From a virus (taxonomy: Duplodnaviria; Caudoviricetes), in IMG/VR virus record IMGVR_UViG_3300016476_000578, positions 5,191-69,190 of that record: DNA of 64,000 nt; one strand, written 5' to 3'. The notes under the pieces were generated by a model. The model saw nothing but the letters and a program-made list of their open reading frames with translations, ran no database searches and was not told the DNA's origin. Within the stretch, counting starts at the first letter, position 1; every line of letters begins with the position of its first letter. The position numbers and the translations under genes were made by a program. Positions 1 to 10,143 of the stretch are shown piece by piece.

Positions 1-499
1 GAATGTCATAAGTTTCATTAACTAACTCTCGATGTGCATTAGTTGCAACCCAGTTATGATTATAACATTCTTTCATTGATATCTCAGCATGACGAATCCA
101 CGGTTTTCCTCCTATGAGACGACCTAAAAAATCATTTGGATCATATGACCCCGCGTGCCATAGTCCATGCAGTACAACCGGAATATTAAGCAATTCGCTC
201 ATGTATTTTACATTGATAACACCAGGATGCCATGCATCTGTAAAAATAATGTGATCGCCTGATTCGATAAGGCCTCGCGTAAACAACTCTGCTAACTTAT
301 GTACTTGTGTTGCTTTGTACATATTAGTGCCGCCGAAGTTTAAAAAAGCTCCTGGTGTCGTTGCTTCTGGAATTGTTAAATCTCCCTCTACAACTACAAC
401 ATCAAACCCGTTATCTCGTAATAATTTTGGAATATGTGTCTTCCACTCACAAGTATACCGAGTTGGTACTGATTCTATGTCTACTAAAAATATCTTCAT
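1..499 (-). CDS. Phage GT-B-type glycosyltransferase-like protein (partial, runs off left edge; absent from ORF track)
   Basis: Manual translation from ATG at 499: MKIFLVDIESVPTRYTCEWKTHIPKLL...IIFTDAWHPGVINVKYMSELL...GLWHAGSYDPNDFLGR, open to base 1. Resembles phage glycosyltransferases seen in DNA-modification loci (recalled similarity). Confidence 0.6.
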   Translation of the reverse strand, partial: MKIFLVDIESVPTRYTCEWKTHIPKLLRDNGFDVVVVEGDLTIPEATTPGAFLNFGGTNMYKATQVHKLAELFTRGLIESGDHIIFTDAWHPGVINVKYMSELLNIPVVLHGLWHAGSYDPNDFLGRLIGGKPWIRHAEISMKECYNHNWVATNAHRELVNETYDI

Positions 500-500
500 C

Positions 501-851
501 TTATCTTTCAATTAGTGCTCCATTTTCCCAATCTTCCCAAACTTCTACTTTGTACAATTCTGGAAATTGATCTAATAACCATTCGCCAATAGCTTCGCAA
601 GACATTGCACCAAACTCTAATACATTTGCAAAGCCTTTTTCAAAGTTCAATTGTAATGTTCTTTTTATTTCTCGATTCAACAAAATAAATTCCTTATCTC
701 GGTCTGTATGTGTTACTGTTGCATAACATCGGAATCCGAACATATGTCTATGTCTATCCGATAAGAATGCTACTGGTGGAAATACTTCTTTTGCTGCAGG
801 CCAACAATGAAACCCTTCCATACTAAATGTTACTACTACGCTGTACTTCAT
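501..851 (-). CDS. QueD-like T-fold protein, DpdL-like (putative 7-carboxy-7-deazaguanine decarboxylase)
   Basis: FHCW, LSDRHRHMF (LxxxHRHxF), SCE and C-terminal WEDWENGA. T-fold QueD paralog lacking the CxxxHGH catalytic Cys motif. Confidence 0.6.
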   Translation of the reverse strand: MKYSVVVTFSMEGFHCWPAAKEVFPPVAFLSDRHRHMFGFRCYATVTHTDRDKEFILLNREIKRTLQLNFEKGFANVLEFGAMSCEAIGEWLLDQFPELYKVEVWEDWENGALIER

Positions 852-1239
852 TTGCTATTAATTGTTTGTATTTTGTTGTTGACCACCCATGGTCTCTGTT
901 TATAAAATGAATATCGATACCTAAATCCTTTCCGGTAAAGTCTTTTCCGATGTAATCATCTCCTAAGAATCTAATATCTGGATCGATTCCTTTAAGGAAC
1001 TCATATAGTATTTCTTCGGTAGAATATGTTATAACTTCATCAACCATTTCTAATGAATATAACATTTCTTTTCGTTCATCTAAAGATAATATTGGTTTTG
1101 ACTTTTCAGGTCGCTCAATACTAGGATCTGCATGTAATAATACTATTAACCAAGAACAGTGTTTTTTACATTCTTTAAACATTTTGATATAACCCGGATG
1201 AATTACATCGAAGTTACCTGCAATTACACCATGTTTCAT
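823..1239 (-). CDS. TagD/RfaE-like cytidylyltransferase (HIGH superfamily)
   Basis: GNFDVIHPGY (HxGH variant), ERKEML, LGDDY, and C-terminal WSTT motif. Confidence 0.8.
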   Translation of the reverse strand: MKHGVIAGNFDVIHPGYIKMFKECKKHCSWLIVLLHADPSIERPEKSKPILSLDERKEMLYSLEMVDEVITYSTEEILYEFLKGIDPDIRFLGDDYIGKDFTGKDLGIDIHFINRDHGWSTTKYKQLIANEVQRSSNI

Positions 1240-1661
1240 TGTCTATCAAATTTATAATCATCAGGTGTTACTTGTTGCATATTGTGCACTGTCGTACAAA
1301 ATAACGAATAATCTGCATACACAACCTTAATGCTATCAGTCTTTTTCAGTAAGCCAGCATCTGCACAATTTAACATTAATAAGATATGTGCGCGGATTCT
1401 GATCATCGGAGGAACCTTTTCTAACATTCCTGGAGTTACTTCAATTGTAACAAATGTTGAATCTGTCATCATTTGGAATACTAAATCCCATGCTTCTGAT
1501 TTGATCAATTGCTCAGTTGTTGGAGAACATAAATATATGTGTGGAACTTTTGCTTGTTTAACTTGATCAAATGCTTTTGTGTCAGCAATAAACAAAGTTT
1601 CGATATCGCTATAACGACCTTCAACTTCTTTGCCGAACCAATGTGTTCTATAACCAATCAT
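1236..1661 (-). CDS. Hypothetical protein, first gene of the modification operon
   Basis: 141 aa ORF directly behind a promoter-like element; 4-nt overlap with next gene. Confidence 0.6.
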   Translation of the reverse strand: MIGYRTHWFGKEVEGRYSDIETLFIADTKAFDQVKQAKVPHIYLCSPTTEQLIKSEAWDLVFQMMTDSTFVTIEVTPGMLEKVPPMIRIRAHILLMLNCADAGLLKKTDSIKVVYADYSLFCTTVHNMQQVTPDDYKFDRQ

Positions 1662-1666
1662 ACTAT

Positions 1667-1696
1667 ATTATAATAAATTTATTCTTATTTACCAAA
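1667..1696 (-). promoter_or_regulatory. Class I (sigma70-like) promoter, near-leaderless
   Basis: TTGGTA-N18-TATAAT, 5 nt before ATG at 1661. Confidence 0.55.
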
Positions 1697-4198
1697 TGAA
1701 AAGAATTTTTTTGCATTATTATTTTCAGGAAGCTGTCCCCAACCCATTGCAGAATAAAAATCATCAAACTTATTACTTAGATCTGAAGTAAACATTTTGT
1801 TTCTATCAATATACTGTTCAACAAATTTTACAATCTCTGGCGGATCTTGATATCCTCGTAATGCTATTGTTTCAAATCCGTACGGATTGTTTAACAAATA
1901 TCCCCACTTTACTTTTTCTCCATCAGATATAGGTAACACATCGGTAGTTAGTTGTGTTAACATATCATTGAAGTTAATTGCAGCTTTTACGTGTGCAGTG
2001 GATCCTTTCATATAACCACTAAATGGCTTTCGTTTCTTGATATATTTTGATAATTCTTTGACACTAGAATTTTTCATAATATTCAATACTTCAGAAGTTT
2101 TAATATTACTTTTAAAATTATGTATCAATGTTGAGGTTTCTTGTTTATCTTTTCCTTTAAGAATATACCACAATGTTTCCTTCATGATTTTTTTGAAATC
2201 TGTCGGGAAACTTGACCTTACAACATCTAATCCTTTTATATCCAATTTATCTGTTGGTTTACCTTCTTTAAAAATAACCCATTGTGCGTATCGCTTTTTT
2301 GCAATCCATAGTCCTGACTTAGCAATATACTCTTGTTTAATTTGAAACCTATGTGTATCAGTATTATGAAATACTTTTGCATACTGATTATACATTAAGT
2401 TTACAATTTTTTGAATCTCCGATGCAATTACATTTGTCTGTTCAATCATAAATTGTTCATCATCAGTATTACAATTCGGATAACGATGTTTGATTAAAGG
2501 TTCGCTACTACAAAATGTTGAATCTGTATCGGTATAAAATGCAAACTCTGCTTTATCTCCGGATGCATTAATAAAATGGTCTACACCTAATTCTTTTGTA
2601 TAATAATTGTTAATAACCTTTGCTGAGAATTTGATAATACTTTGCCCTACTGCTGTAATTGCTCCGGCATTATCTAAATCATAGAATCTAAAAGTTTTAA
2701 GTCCTAATACTCCGTAAAATGAATTAAGCAATACTTTTTGTGTTAACTGCAACGCGTCATAAAACTTATATTCCTCAGTTCCAACTTCATATGTATCTCG
2801 TTTGTCTTTGTAAATAACACGTTCATCAAACCATTTTTCTAGAATAGTTGGAAGGAATCCTCGCTGATCGTTTCTATATACTGCGCCGTTGCTAGCAACC
2901 GAGTAATTATTATCAAGTAACCATTGTTTAACATCTTGCACATATGTACCATCAGTTATCATAACTTGCTGAGGCTCTTGTTTTAATAAACATTCTTGAT
3001 TCCAATTAGAAATTACACATACTTTGGTTTCTGGAGATATGTTTGCTGTCATGATAATACTAGGATATAGTGACGTTAAATCTAAGTCATATATCCACTT
3101 GTATAAACCTGGTACTGGTGCTTTTACATATGCTCCTGCAAGTGCGTCTGCTAATGTTTCTTCTTCAATAAATCTAAATTGTTTATTTGGTGCTACATAT
3201 CCATTACGTTTTAAATCTACAATGGCAGCTCCATCGAGATATTTAGATGCATAGTATACATCTTCATATGGTACGTGTCCTTTGTGACATATAGTACGTG
3301 CTAAATTTAAAAGTTGAAGTTTTTCATCTAATTCATAAACTAGATCAACGTCTGTCATGTTGTAAAAAGCAAACTTATGAATATCTTGTGTAAATAATAC
3401 ATCTAAGTCACCATCATATTCAACTTTACCTCGTCCTAATTCTGTCTTTGCAACTGTATCTAATCGATAATTAGGTAATTCAGTGTATGTAAAATTCTTA
3501 TACAATTTAATGTAGTCTAAACTAGAGACTCCAAATATTTTCCATTTTCCTGACTTAGTTTGTTCAACGATTCCTGCGGGGCTAAATTTCTTGATTGCTT
3601 GTGCGCCTAATACCTTTTTGCATCGACCCATAAGATATGGAATATCATATCCGTCAGTGTTCCAACCAGTAATTACTGTTGGTTGTATTTCTGCAAATTT
3701 ATTGATAAATCTAGTTAATAAATCTCGTTCATCTCGAAATATTTCTAGAACATACCCGTCGCCTTGTATCTCACGATCCTTTATACGATTTTGTTCGTCT
3801 AATATTAGTACCCGACGATCCTTCCCTGCTTTATCATAATATGCAATAGATGTAATAGATGTGCGTACGTCTTCAATTGTACTATATCCATTTTCATCTT
3901 TTGCAGTTTCAATATCAAAAAAGAAGTCTCGGTGGCTTTTTGAAGGTTCATCTGATTCATAATATAAATCAATCAATGTTCGAACTTCTTCATTTAAGTC
4001 AGATTCGTATGATTTGGGATTGTCTCGATGATTTCCTGGAACTTTGTCTAATCTAGTTCCGTCTAATGATTGATACTGTCCATCTGGGTTAGGTAAATAT
4101 CCGTATGGTTGGAATGCGAATTTATTATGTCCTAATTCATCATCCCACACGTGCATAATGCCGTTTTTCTTGTCGTAACCTATTGCTTGATATGCCAT
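1685..4198 (-). CDS. Family B DNA polymerase (T4 gp43-like)
   Basis: Exo I FDIET, Exo II GWNTDGYDIPY, motif A DLTSLYPSII, motif B KVLLNSFYG, motif C YTDTDS, KKRYA. Confidence 0.97.
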   Translation of the reverse strand: MAYQAIGYDKKNGIMHVWDDELGHNKFAFQPYGYLPNPDGQYQSLDGTRLDKVPGNHRDNPKSYESDLNEEVRTLIDLYYESDEPSKSHRDFFFDIETAKDENGYSTIEDVRTSITSIAYYDKAGKDRRVLILDEQNRIKDREIQGDGYVLEIFRDERDLLTRFINKFAEIQPTVITGWNTDGYDIPYLMGRCKKVLGAQAIKKFSPAGIVEQTKSGKWKIFGVSSLDYIKLYKNFTYTELPNYRLDTVAKTELGRGKVEYDGDLDVLFTQDIHKFAFYNMTDVDLVYELDEKLQLLNLARTICHKGHVPYEDVYYASKYLDGAAIVDLKRNGYVAPNKQFRFIEEETLADALAGAYVKAPVPGLYKWIYDLDLTSLYPSIIMTANISPETKVCVISNWNQECLLKQEPQQVMITDGTYVQDVKQWLLDNNYSVASNGAVYRNDQRGFLPTILEKWFDERVIYKDKRDTYEVGTEEYKFYDALQLTQKVLLNSFYGVLGLKTFRFYDLDNAGAITAVGQSIIKFSAKVINNYYTKELGVDHFINASGDKAEFAFYTDTDSTFCSSEPLIKHRYPNCNTDDEQFMIEQTNVIASEIQKIVNLMYNQYAKVFHNTDTHRFQIKQEYIAKSGLWIAKKRYAQWVIFKEGKPTDKLDIKGLDVVRSSFPTDFKKIMKETLWYILKGKDKQETSTLIHNFKSNIKTSEVLNIMKNSSVKELSKYIKKRKPFSGYMKGSTAHVKAAINFNDMLTQLTTDVLPISDGEKVKWGYLLNNPYGFETIALRGYQDPPEIVKFVEQYIDRNKMFTSDLSNKFDDFYSAMGWGQLPENNNAKKFFSFGK

Positions 4199-4707
4199 TA
4201 ATTTATTTTGTATATATGCGGTTCATGTCTTTTTAGACCATAGTCGTCTAAACCATATCCTAGTACCCACTCATCGCCAATTTCGAATCCGTAAAAGTCT
4301 GGAGTCATTGTACCTGACTCTCGTTTCAATAATGTTACAACCTTTACTTCTTCTGCTAGACGATTGTTTGCTAATATTATTGCTTCAATCATCGTGGCGC
4401 CGGTATCTAAAATATCGTCGACAATATAAACCCGTTTTCCTTTTAAATCTAATTCTAATCCTTTGAGTACAGATACTCCATGAGAATTATCTTGTCCGTC
4501 ATATGATTTTAGTCGTATAAAATCTACTTCGCAATCGATTGACATCATTCTAGTTAAATCCGAAAAGAAGTGAAATGACCCATTCAATATACATATTAAT
4601 ACTGGTGGAAGTATATTGTTGTTAGTCATCATATGATCGACTGATATTGCTTCTGCTAACTCTTTTACTCGTTTAGCAATGTCTTCTTGCTTGATGATGA
4701 TTTCCAT
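4198..4707 (-). CDS. hpt: Hypoxanthine-guanine phosphoribosyltransferase
   Basis: ILNGSFHFFSDL, PRPP-binding VYIVDDILDTGAT, VLGYGLD. Confidence 0.9.
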   Translation of the reverse strand: MEIIIKQEDIAKRVKELAEAISVDHMMTNNNILPPVLICILNGSFHFFSDLTRMMSIDCEVDFIRLKSYDGQDNSHGVSVLKGLELDLKGKRVYIVDDILDTGATMIEAIILANNRLAEEVKVVTLLKRESGTMTPDFYGFEIGDEWVLGYGLDDYGLKRHEPHIYKIN

Positions 4708-4913
4708 AACCGATAAATACCATATAAATTAATAAAAATTATAACTAAACTTAATACCATATGACTGATATTATGTATGAAAATATCATAAACAATCCAA
4801 CCACAATCTCCGAGTATCCATGAAATCATTGCAGTACGAGTTAGTCCACGAGCGTTGGTAAGATACCCAATCAATACCAACGCAGTGCTTATCCAGCCTA
4901 ATATTTCAATCAT
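4665..4913 (-). CDS. Small three-helix membrane protein (PnuC/YgjV-like half transporter)
   Basis: Three hydrophobic segments; LGW start, W..GD.GWI.Y and NLYGIYRLW patterns. Confidence 0.45.
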   Translation of the reverse strand: MIEILGWISTALVLIGYLTNARGLTRTAMISWILGDCGWIVYDIFIHNISHMVLSLVIIFINLYGIYRLWKSSSSKKTLLNE

Positions 4914-5209
4914 GATTTTGAATTTATCATTGCAATATCAGACTCTCGGATCAAAATGTATTCTTCATTGTCAATATTGATTTTTTTCTGAGACCCTAAG
5001 TTGCCAGAATAAATTTTTACTTGCATTCCTGGCTTTGTTGACATCGGGATTCGATCCCCAGTTTGTGTAAATAATCCATCGCCGGTTGCAATAACATCGC
5101 ACGTAACATAATCATCCATGCCTGTCATAACGATAATTCCACTTTTAGTTTTTTCTTGTTTTACTTGTTCTTTAACAAGTACTTGATCACCAATTGGTTT
5201 CCATTCCAT
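4910..5209 (-). CDS. groES: Co-chaperonin GroES (T4 gp31-like role in capsid folding)
   Basis: KPIGDQVLV, KTKSGII mobile loop, V.ATGDG, YILIRESDI. Confidence 0.92.
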   Translation of the reverse strand: MEWKPIGDQVLVKEQVKQEKTKSGIIVMTGMDDYVTCDVIATGDGLFTQTGDRIPMSTKPGMQVKIYSGNLGSQKKINIDNEEYILIRESDIAMINSKS

Positions 5210-5221
5210 AACCTATTCCTT

Positions 5222-5470
5222 TTATTTATTGTATAAATTAATAACTGATTCTTTTGTAATTGACTGCCCAACTAAGCGTCCTAGTTCCATGCCGTTTTTT
5301 ATAACTAAAACTGTTGGGACGTTTCTTACATTCCACGTTTTACATGTTTCTGGACTAGCATCAGCATCAATATAAGTAATTGACATTTGCGATTGCAATT
5401 GTTGAATTTGCGGTTTGATTACTTTACATGGTCCGCACCATTCTGCGCTAAAATATAATACTTGTTTCAT
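5222..5470 (-). CDS. trxA: Thioredoxin
   Basis: WCGPC active site; VPT cis-Pro motif. Confidence 0.93.
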   Translation of the reverse strand: MKQVLYFSAEWCGPCKVIKPQIQQLQSQMSITYIDADASPETCKTWNVRNVPTVLVIKNGMELGRLVGQSITKESVINLYNK

Positions 5471-5526
5471 TTTGTTAAAATATAATTAATTTGGTAATTT
5501 CCGAATGTCGTTGTTGTCGTCCACAT
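5467..5526 (-). CDS. 19-aa mini-ORF MWTTTTTFGNYQINYILTK bridging queE and thioredoxin
   Basis: ATG 1 nt after the queE stop; its TGA overlaps the thioredoxin ATG (ATGA). Confidence 0.3.
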   Translation of the reverse strand: MWTTTTTFGNYQINYILTK

Positions 5527-5527
5527 A

Positions 5528-6304
5528 TTAAACTCCCCTTTTAGTATCATATGCAATGATATGATCTCGGCCTGTCATATTGTACCCATGTTCCGCGCAC
5601 AATTCAAAAACTATTGGATACATTTTAATTAATTCTTCTCGCGTGTCACCTGCTGGCATGATATAAGTTTTATCCTTTGGGATATCGAGAAACTGTCTGA
5701 ATTCTTCAATTTCTCGAAGATTATCCTCTGTTCCGTCCCAGACTGGTTTATAATGATAATCTGTATGGTAGGATATCATTGCGTTAATCGCTGTATAGTT
5801 TAATCGAAATTTATTGTGCTGATCGACCATCTTTTGATCCGTGATCGCACCCTGCGGCGTAGCAACACCCAAAATGGGAATGCTATTGTTAAACTTAGGA
5901 CTAAGAGAGATAAGCCCAATAGGATAATCAGTTTCAATAAAATGTGAACCTTCAGTTTCAATAGTAATAAGAATACCTCTTTCATTTGCAAAGTGTGTCA
6001 GTTCATTTACTAATGCCGGATGCATTGTCGGAGAACCTCCCGTTAGCATCATTTCTTTGATATGCGGATTTTTATCATAAATATCGATGATATCATTAAA
6101 TGTAAAAGTACCTTTTTCTGGATGTATTGAAGTATACCAACTATCGCACCAACCGCCCTCTCCAAAATAACATCGATGTGTACAACCGGTTGTGCGTACT
6201 GCAATTGTAGGTCGACCGAATCGGCTTCCTTCGGATTGAACGCATCTATATAATTCAACAATTGGTAAGACTTTGTTGTAGTCTGTAATTCTTCCTGGTT
6301 TCAT
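5528..6304 (-). CDS. queE: 7-carboxy-7-deazaguanine synthase (radical SAM)
   Basis: QSEG..GRP, GCTHRC-x7-CDS cluster motif, LTGGSP, IETEGS, LSPK. Start moved to ATG 6304 (MKPGRI). Confidence 0.88.
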   Translation of the reverse strand: MKPGRITDYNKVLPIVELYRCVQSEGSRFGRPTIAVRTTGCTHRCYFGEGGWCDSWYTSIHPEKGTFTFNDIIDIYDKNPHIKEMMLTGGSPTMHPALVNELTHFANERGILITIETEGSHFIETDYPIGLISLSPKFNNSIPILGVATPQGAITDQKMVDQHNKFRLNYTAINAMISYHTDYHYKPVWDGTEDNLREIEEFRQFLDIPKDKTYIMPAGDTREELIKMYPIVFELCAEHGYNMTGRDHIIAYDTKRGV

Positions 6305-6311
6305 AAACTCC

Positions 6312-6656
6312 TTAAAATGGTAAGTCGTCATCGACTGACTCAATAGTATTGGTAACATTTAATGATTGAATAAGATTATTGAACTTTTCTTCTAATGCAA
6401 TCAATCTATTTGAGATTTCAGCAATATCTAATTCAACTGGGGTAGTAGTTTTACCAAAATATTCATCTAGAAATGATTTCGGATATGTTGCTACGCGATT
6501 GTATTCTGGGGTTGACCGTTCTTCTGGTAAATCAGTATATATAACATGAATGCCTTTTTCTTTAGCAGCTTCATATACTTTTTTGCCAATGCCGGTAAGC
6601 CTAGTTGCATTACCGCTATAGTCATATAATGATATGTATTGTTCGTTACTCTTCAT
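6312..6656 (-). CDS. Hypothetical protein
   Basis: 114 aa ORF packed in the operon; acidic DDDLPF C-terminal tail. Confidence 0.6.
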   Translation of the reverse strand: MKSNEQYISLYDYSGNATRLTGIGKKVYEAAKEKGIHVIYTDLPEERSTPEYNRVATYPKSFLDEYFGKTTTPVELDIAEISNRLIALEEKFNNLIQSLNVTNTIESVDDDLPF

Positions 6657-7122
6657 ATATACTCGAATTATTATCGTTTTCGAAACATTCTACTTTAATA
6701 CACTTGCAACGGCCTGCATCTGTTTTTGAAAGTACTTCATTAAATTTATCATAAACTAATTTAGCACATGATTCAGCACCCATTTTATCCATAACTCGTA
6801 AAGAACAAATACCTTCCATTGCCATAGTTTCAAATAAATCTAAATATGGATCATCTTTTTCTATTAACAAGGTATGATCCCACATATGATTCATCCAATC
6901 TTTTAGGCCGTTGCCTTTTGGCGGAGTCTTGAAACCACCATAATCAACAATCCAATTCATATCATCTAATTGTTTGTCAATATCAGGTTCATTTGAAGCA
7001 AACCATACTTTAAATTTTAAAGCATATCCATGTAACAATTCGCAGTGCGAATGTGATGCTTTCCACTGTCTTAATGCTACTGAATAGTTTTCAAATAATT
7101 TTGTTGAAATATATCTAGCCAT
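6646..7122 (-). CDS. queD: 6-carboxy-5,6,7,8-tetrahydropterin synthase
   Basis: HCELLHGY (CxxxHG motif), DYGGFK, WDHTLL, AES, VECFENDNNS. Start moved to ATG 7122 (MARYIS). Confidence 0.88.
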   Translation of the reverse strand: MARYISTKLFENYSVALRQWKASHSHCELLHGYALKFKVWFASNEPDIDKQLDDMNWIVDYGGFKTPPKGNGLKDWMNHMWDHTLLIEKDDPYLDLFETMAMEGICSLRVMDKMGAESCAKLVYDKFNEVLSKTDAGRCKCIKVECFENDNNSSIYEE

Positions 7123-7246
7123 TTTTTTTTGGAGTTTTTGGGGTTGTAGTTTTTTTAACTGGTGGAATTTCAATAGTAACATATTCTGGGAAGAACATAT
7201 TCATTCCAATACCTGTACAAACTGTTATTGTTTTTTTCTTAGCCAT
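7115..7246 (-). CDS. 43-aa basic small protein between folE and queD (not in ORF track)
   Basis: MAKKKTITVCTGIGMNMFFPEYVTIEIPPVKKTTTPKTPKKNG. Start overlaps folE stop; stop overlaps queD start. Confidence 0.5.
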   Translation of the reverse strand: MAKKKTITVCTGIGMNMFFPEYVTIEIPPVKKTTTPKTPKKNG

Positions 7247-7946
7247 GAGTGTAACCTTTTACAAATTGATAGAATTCAGAACGAGCATTACCATCTTCTA
7301 GAAATGCGCCCGATAACTTTGCTGTCTTCATTGAAGCACCTCGATGCTTAACTCCTCTACAAGAAACACAATTATGTGTTGCTTCAATCATTACAGCAAC
7401 GCCTTTATTATTTGTAATAAGTTCATTAACTGCATGTTGAATTGCAACTGTTAATTGCTCTTGAATTGCACCTCTTCGGCCGAAATGTTCTACTACTCGA
7501 TTTAATTTACTTAAACCAACTACATTACCATTCTCTGCAGGAATATATGCAATATGAACTAATCCTTCGATTGTTTGGTGATGATGACTACACATTGATG
7601 TTAAAGGAATACCTCCTTCAAATACGATGCCATCATATCCATCACTAGGAAATGATGTAATATCTGACATAGGTTCATAACGGCCACGCCATAAATCATT
7701 AACATATGCTTTTGCTACACGCTTAGGTGTATTATCTGAATTAGGATCTGATTTCCATGCTACGCCTAATGCTCGAAGAAATTCGCCATAATGATATGCA
7801 GCATCATTAATAATCTCTTGTTTTTCTTCATCTGTTAGTCTAGCATCAGGTCCAAACATTGCTTGTTTTGTTGCTAATTGGGTTGAAATGCCGTTAGCAA
7901 AACCTGCATTGACTAATTCTAGATTTTTTCTTTGTTCGTCTGTCAT
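7239..7946 (-). CDS. folE: GTP cyclohydrolase I
   Basis: TPKRVAK, SMCSHH, GLSKLNR, QEQLT, HNCVSCRGV. Confidence 0.95.
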   Translation of the reverse strand: MTDEQRKNLELVNAGFANGISTQLATKQAMFGPDARLTDEEKQEIINDAAYHYGEFLRALGVAWKSDPNSDNTPKRVAKAYVNDLWRGRYEPMSDITSFPSDGYDGIVFEGGIPLTSMCSHHHQTIEGLVHIAYIPAENGNVVGLSKLNRVVEHFGRRGAIQEQLTVAIQHAVNELITNNKGVAVMIEATHNCVSCRGVKHRGASMKTAKLSGAFLEDGNARSEFYQFVKGYTHG

Positions 7947-7965
7947 ATAACTTGTTTCTTTTTAT

Positions 7966-10050
<2,085 letters not shown>

Positions 10051-10092
10051 TGTTTGTAATCTCCTTGTTGTTAATATAAATGTTTATTAGAT

Positions 10093-10123
10093 AAAAAAAG
10101 GCCGGGCATTACATCCCGGACCT
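10093..10123 (-). terminator. Intrinsic terminator after helicase
   Basis: GGTCCGGG/CCCGGCC stem followed by T7 on minus strand. Confidence 0.7.
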
Positions 10124-10143
10124 CAATTTTAAATAAATATGGT

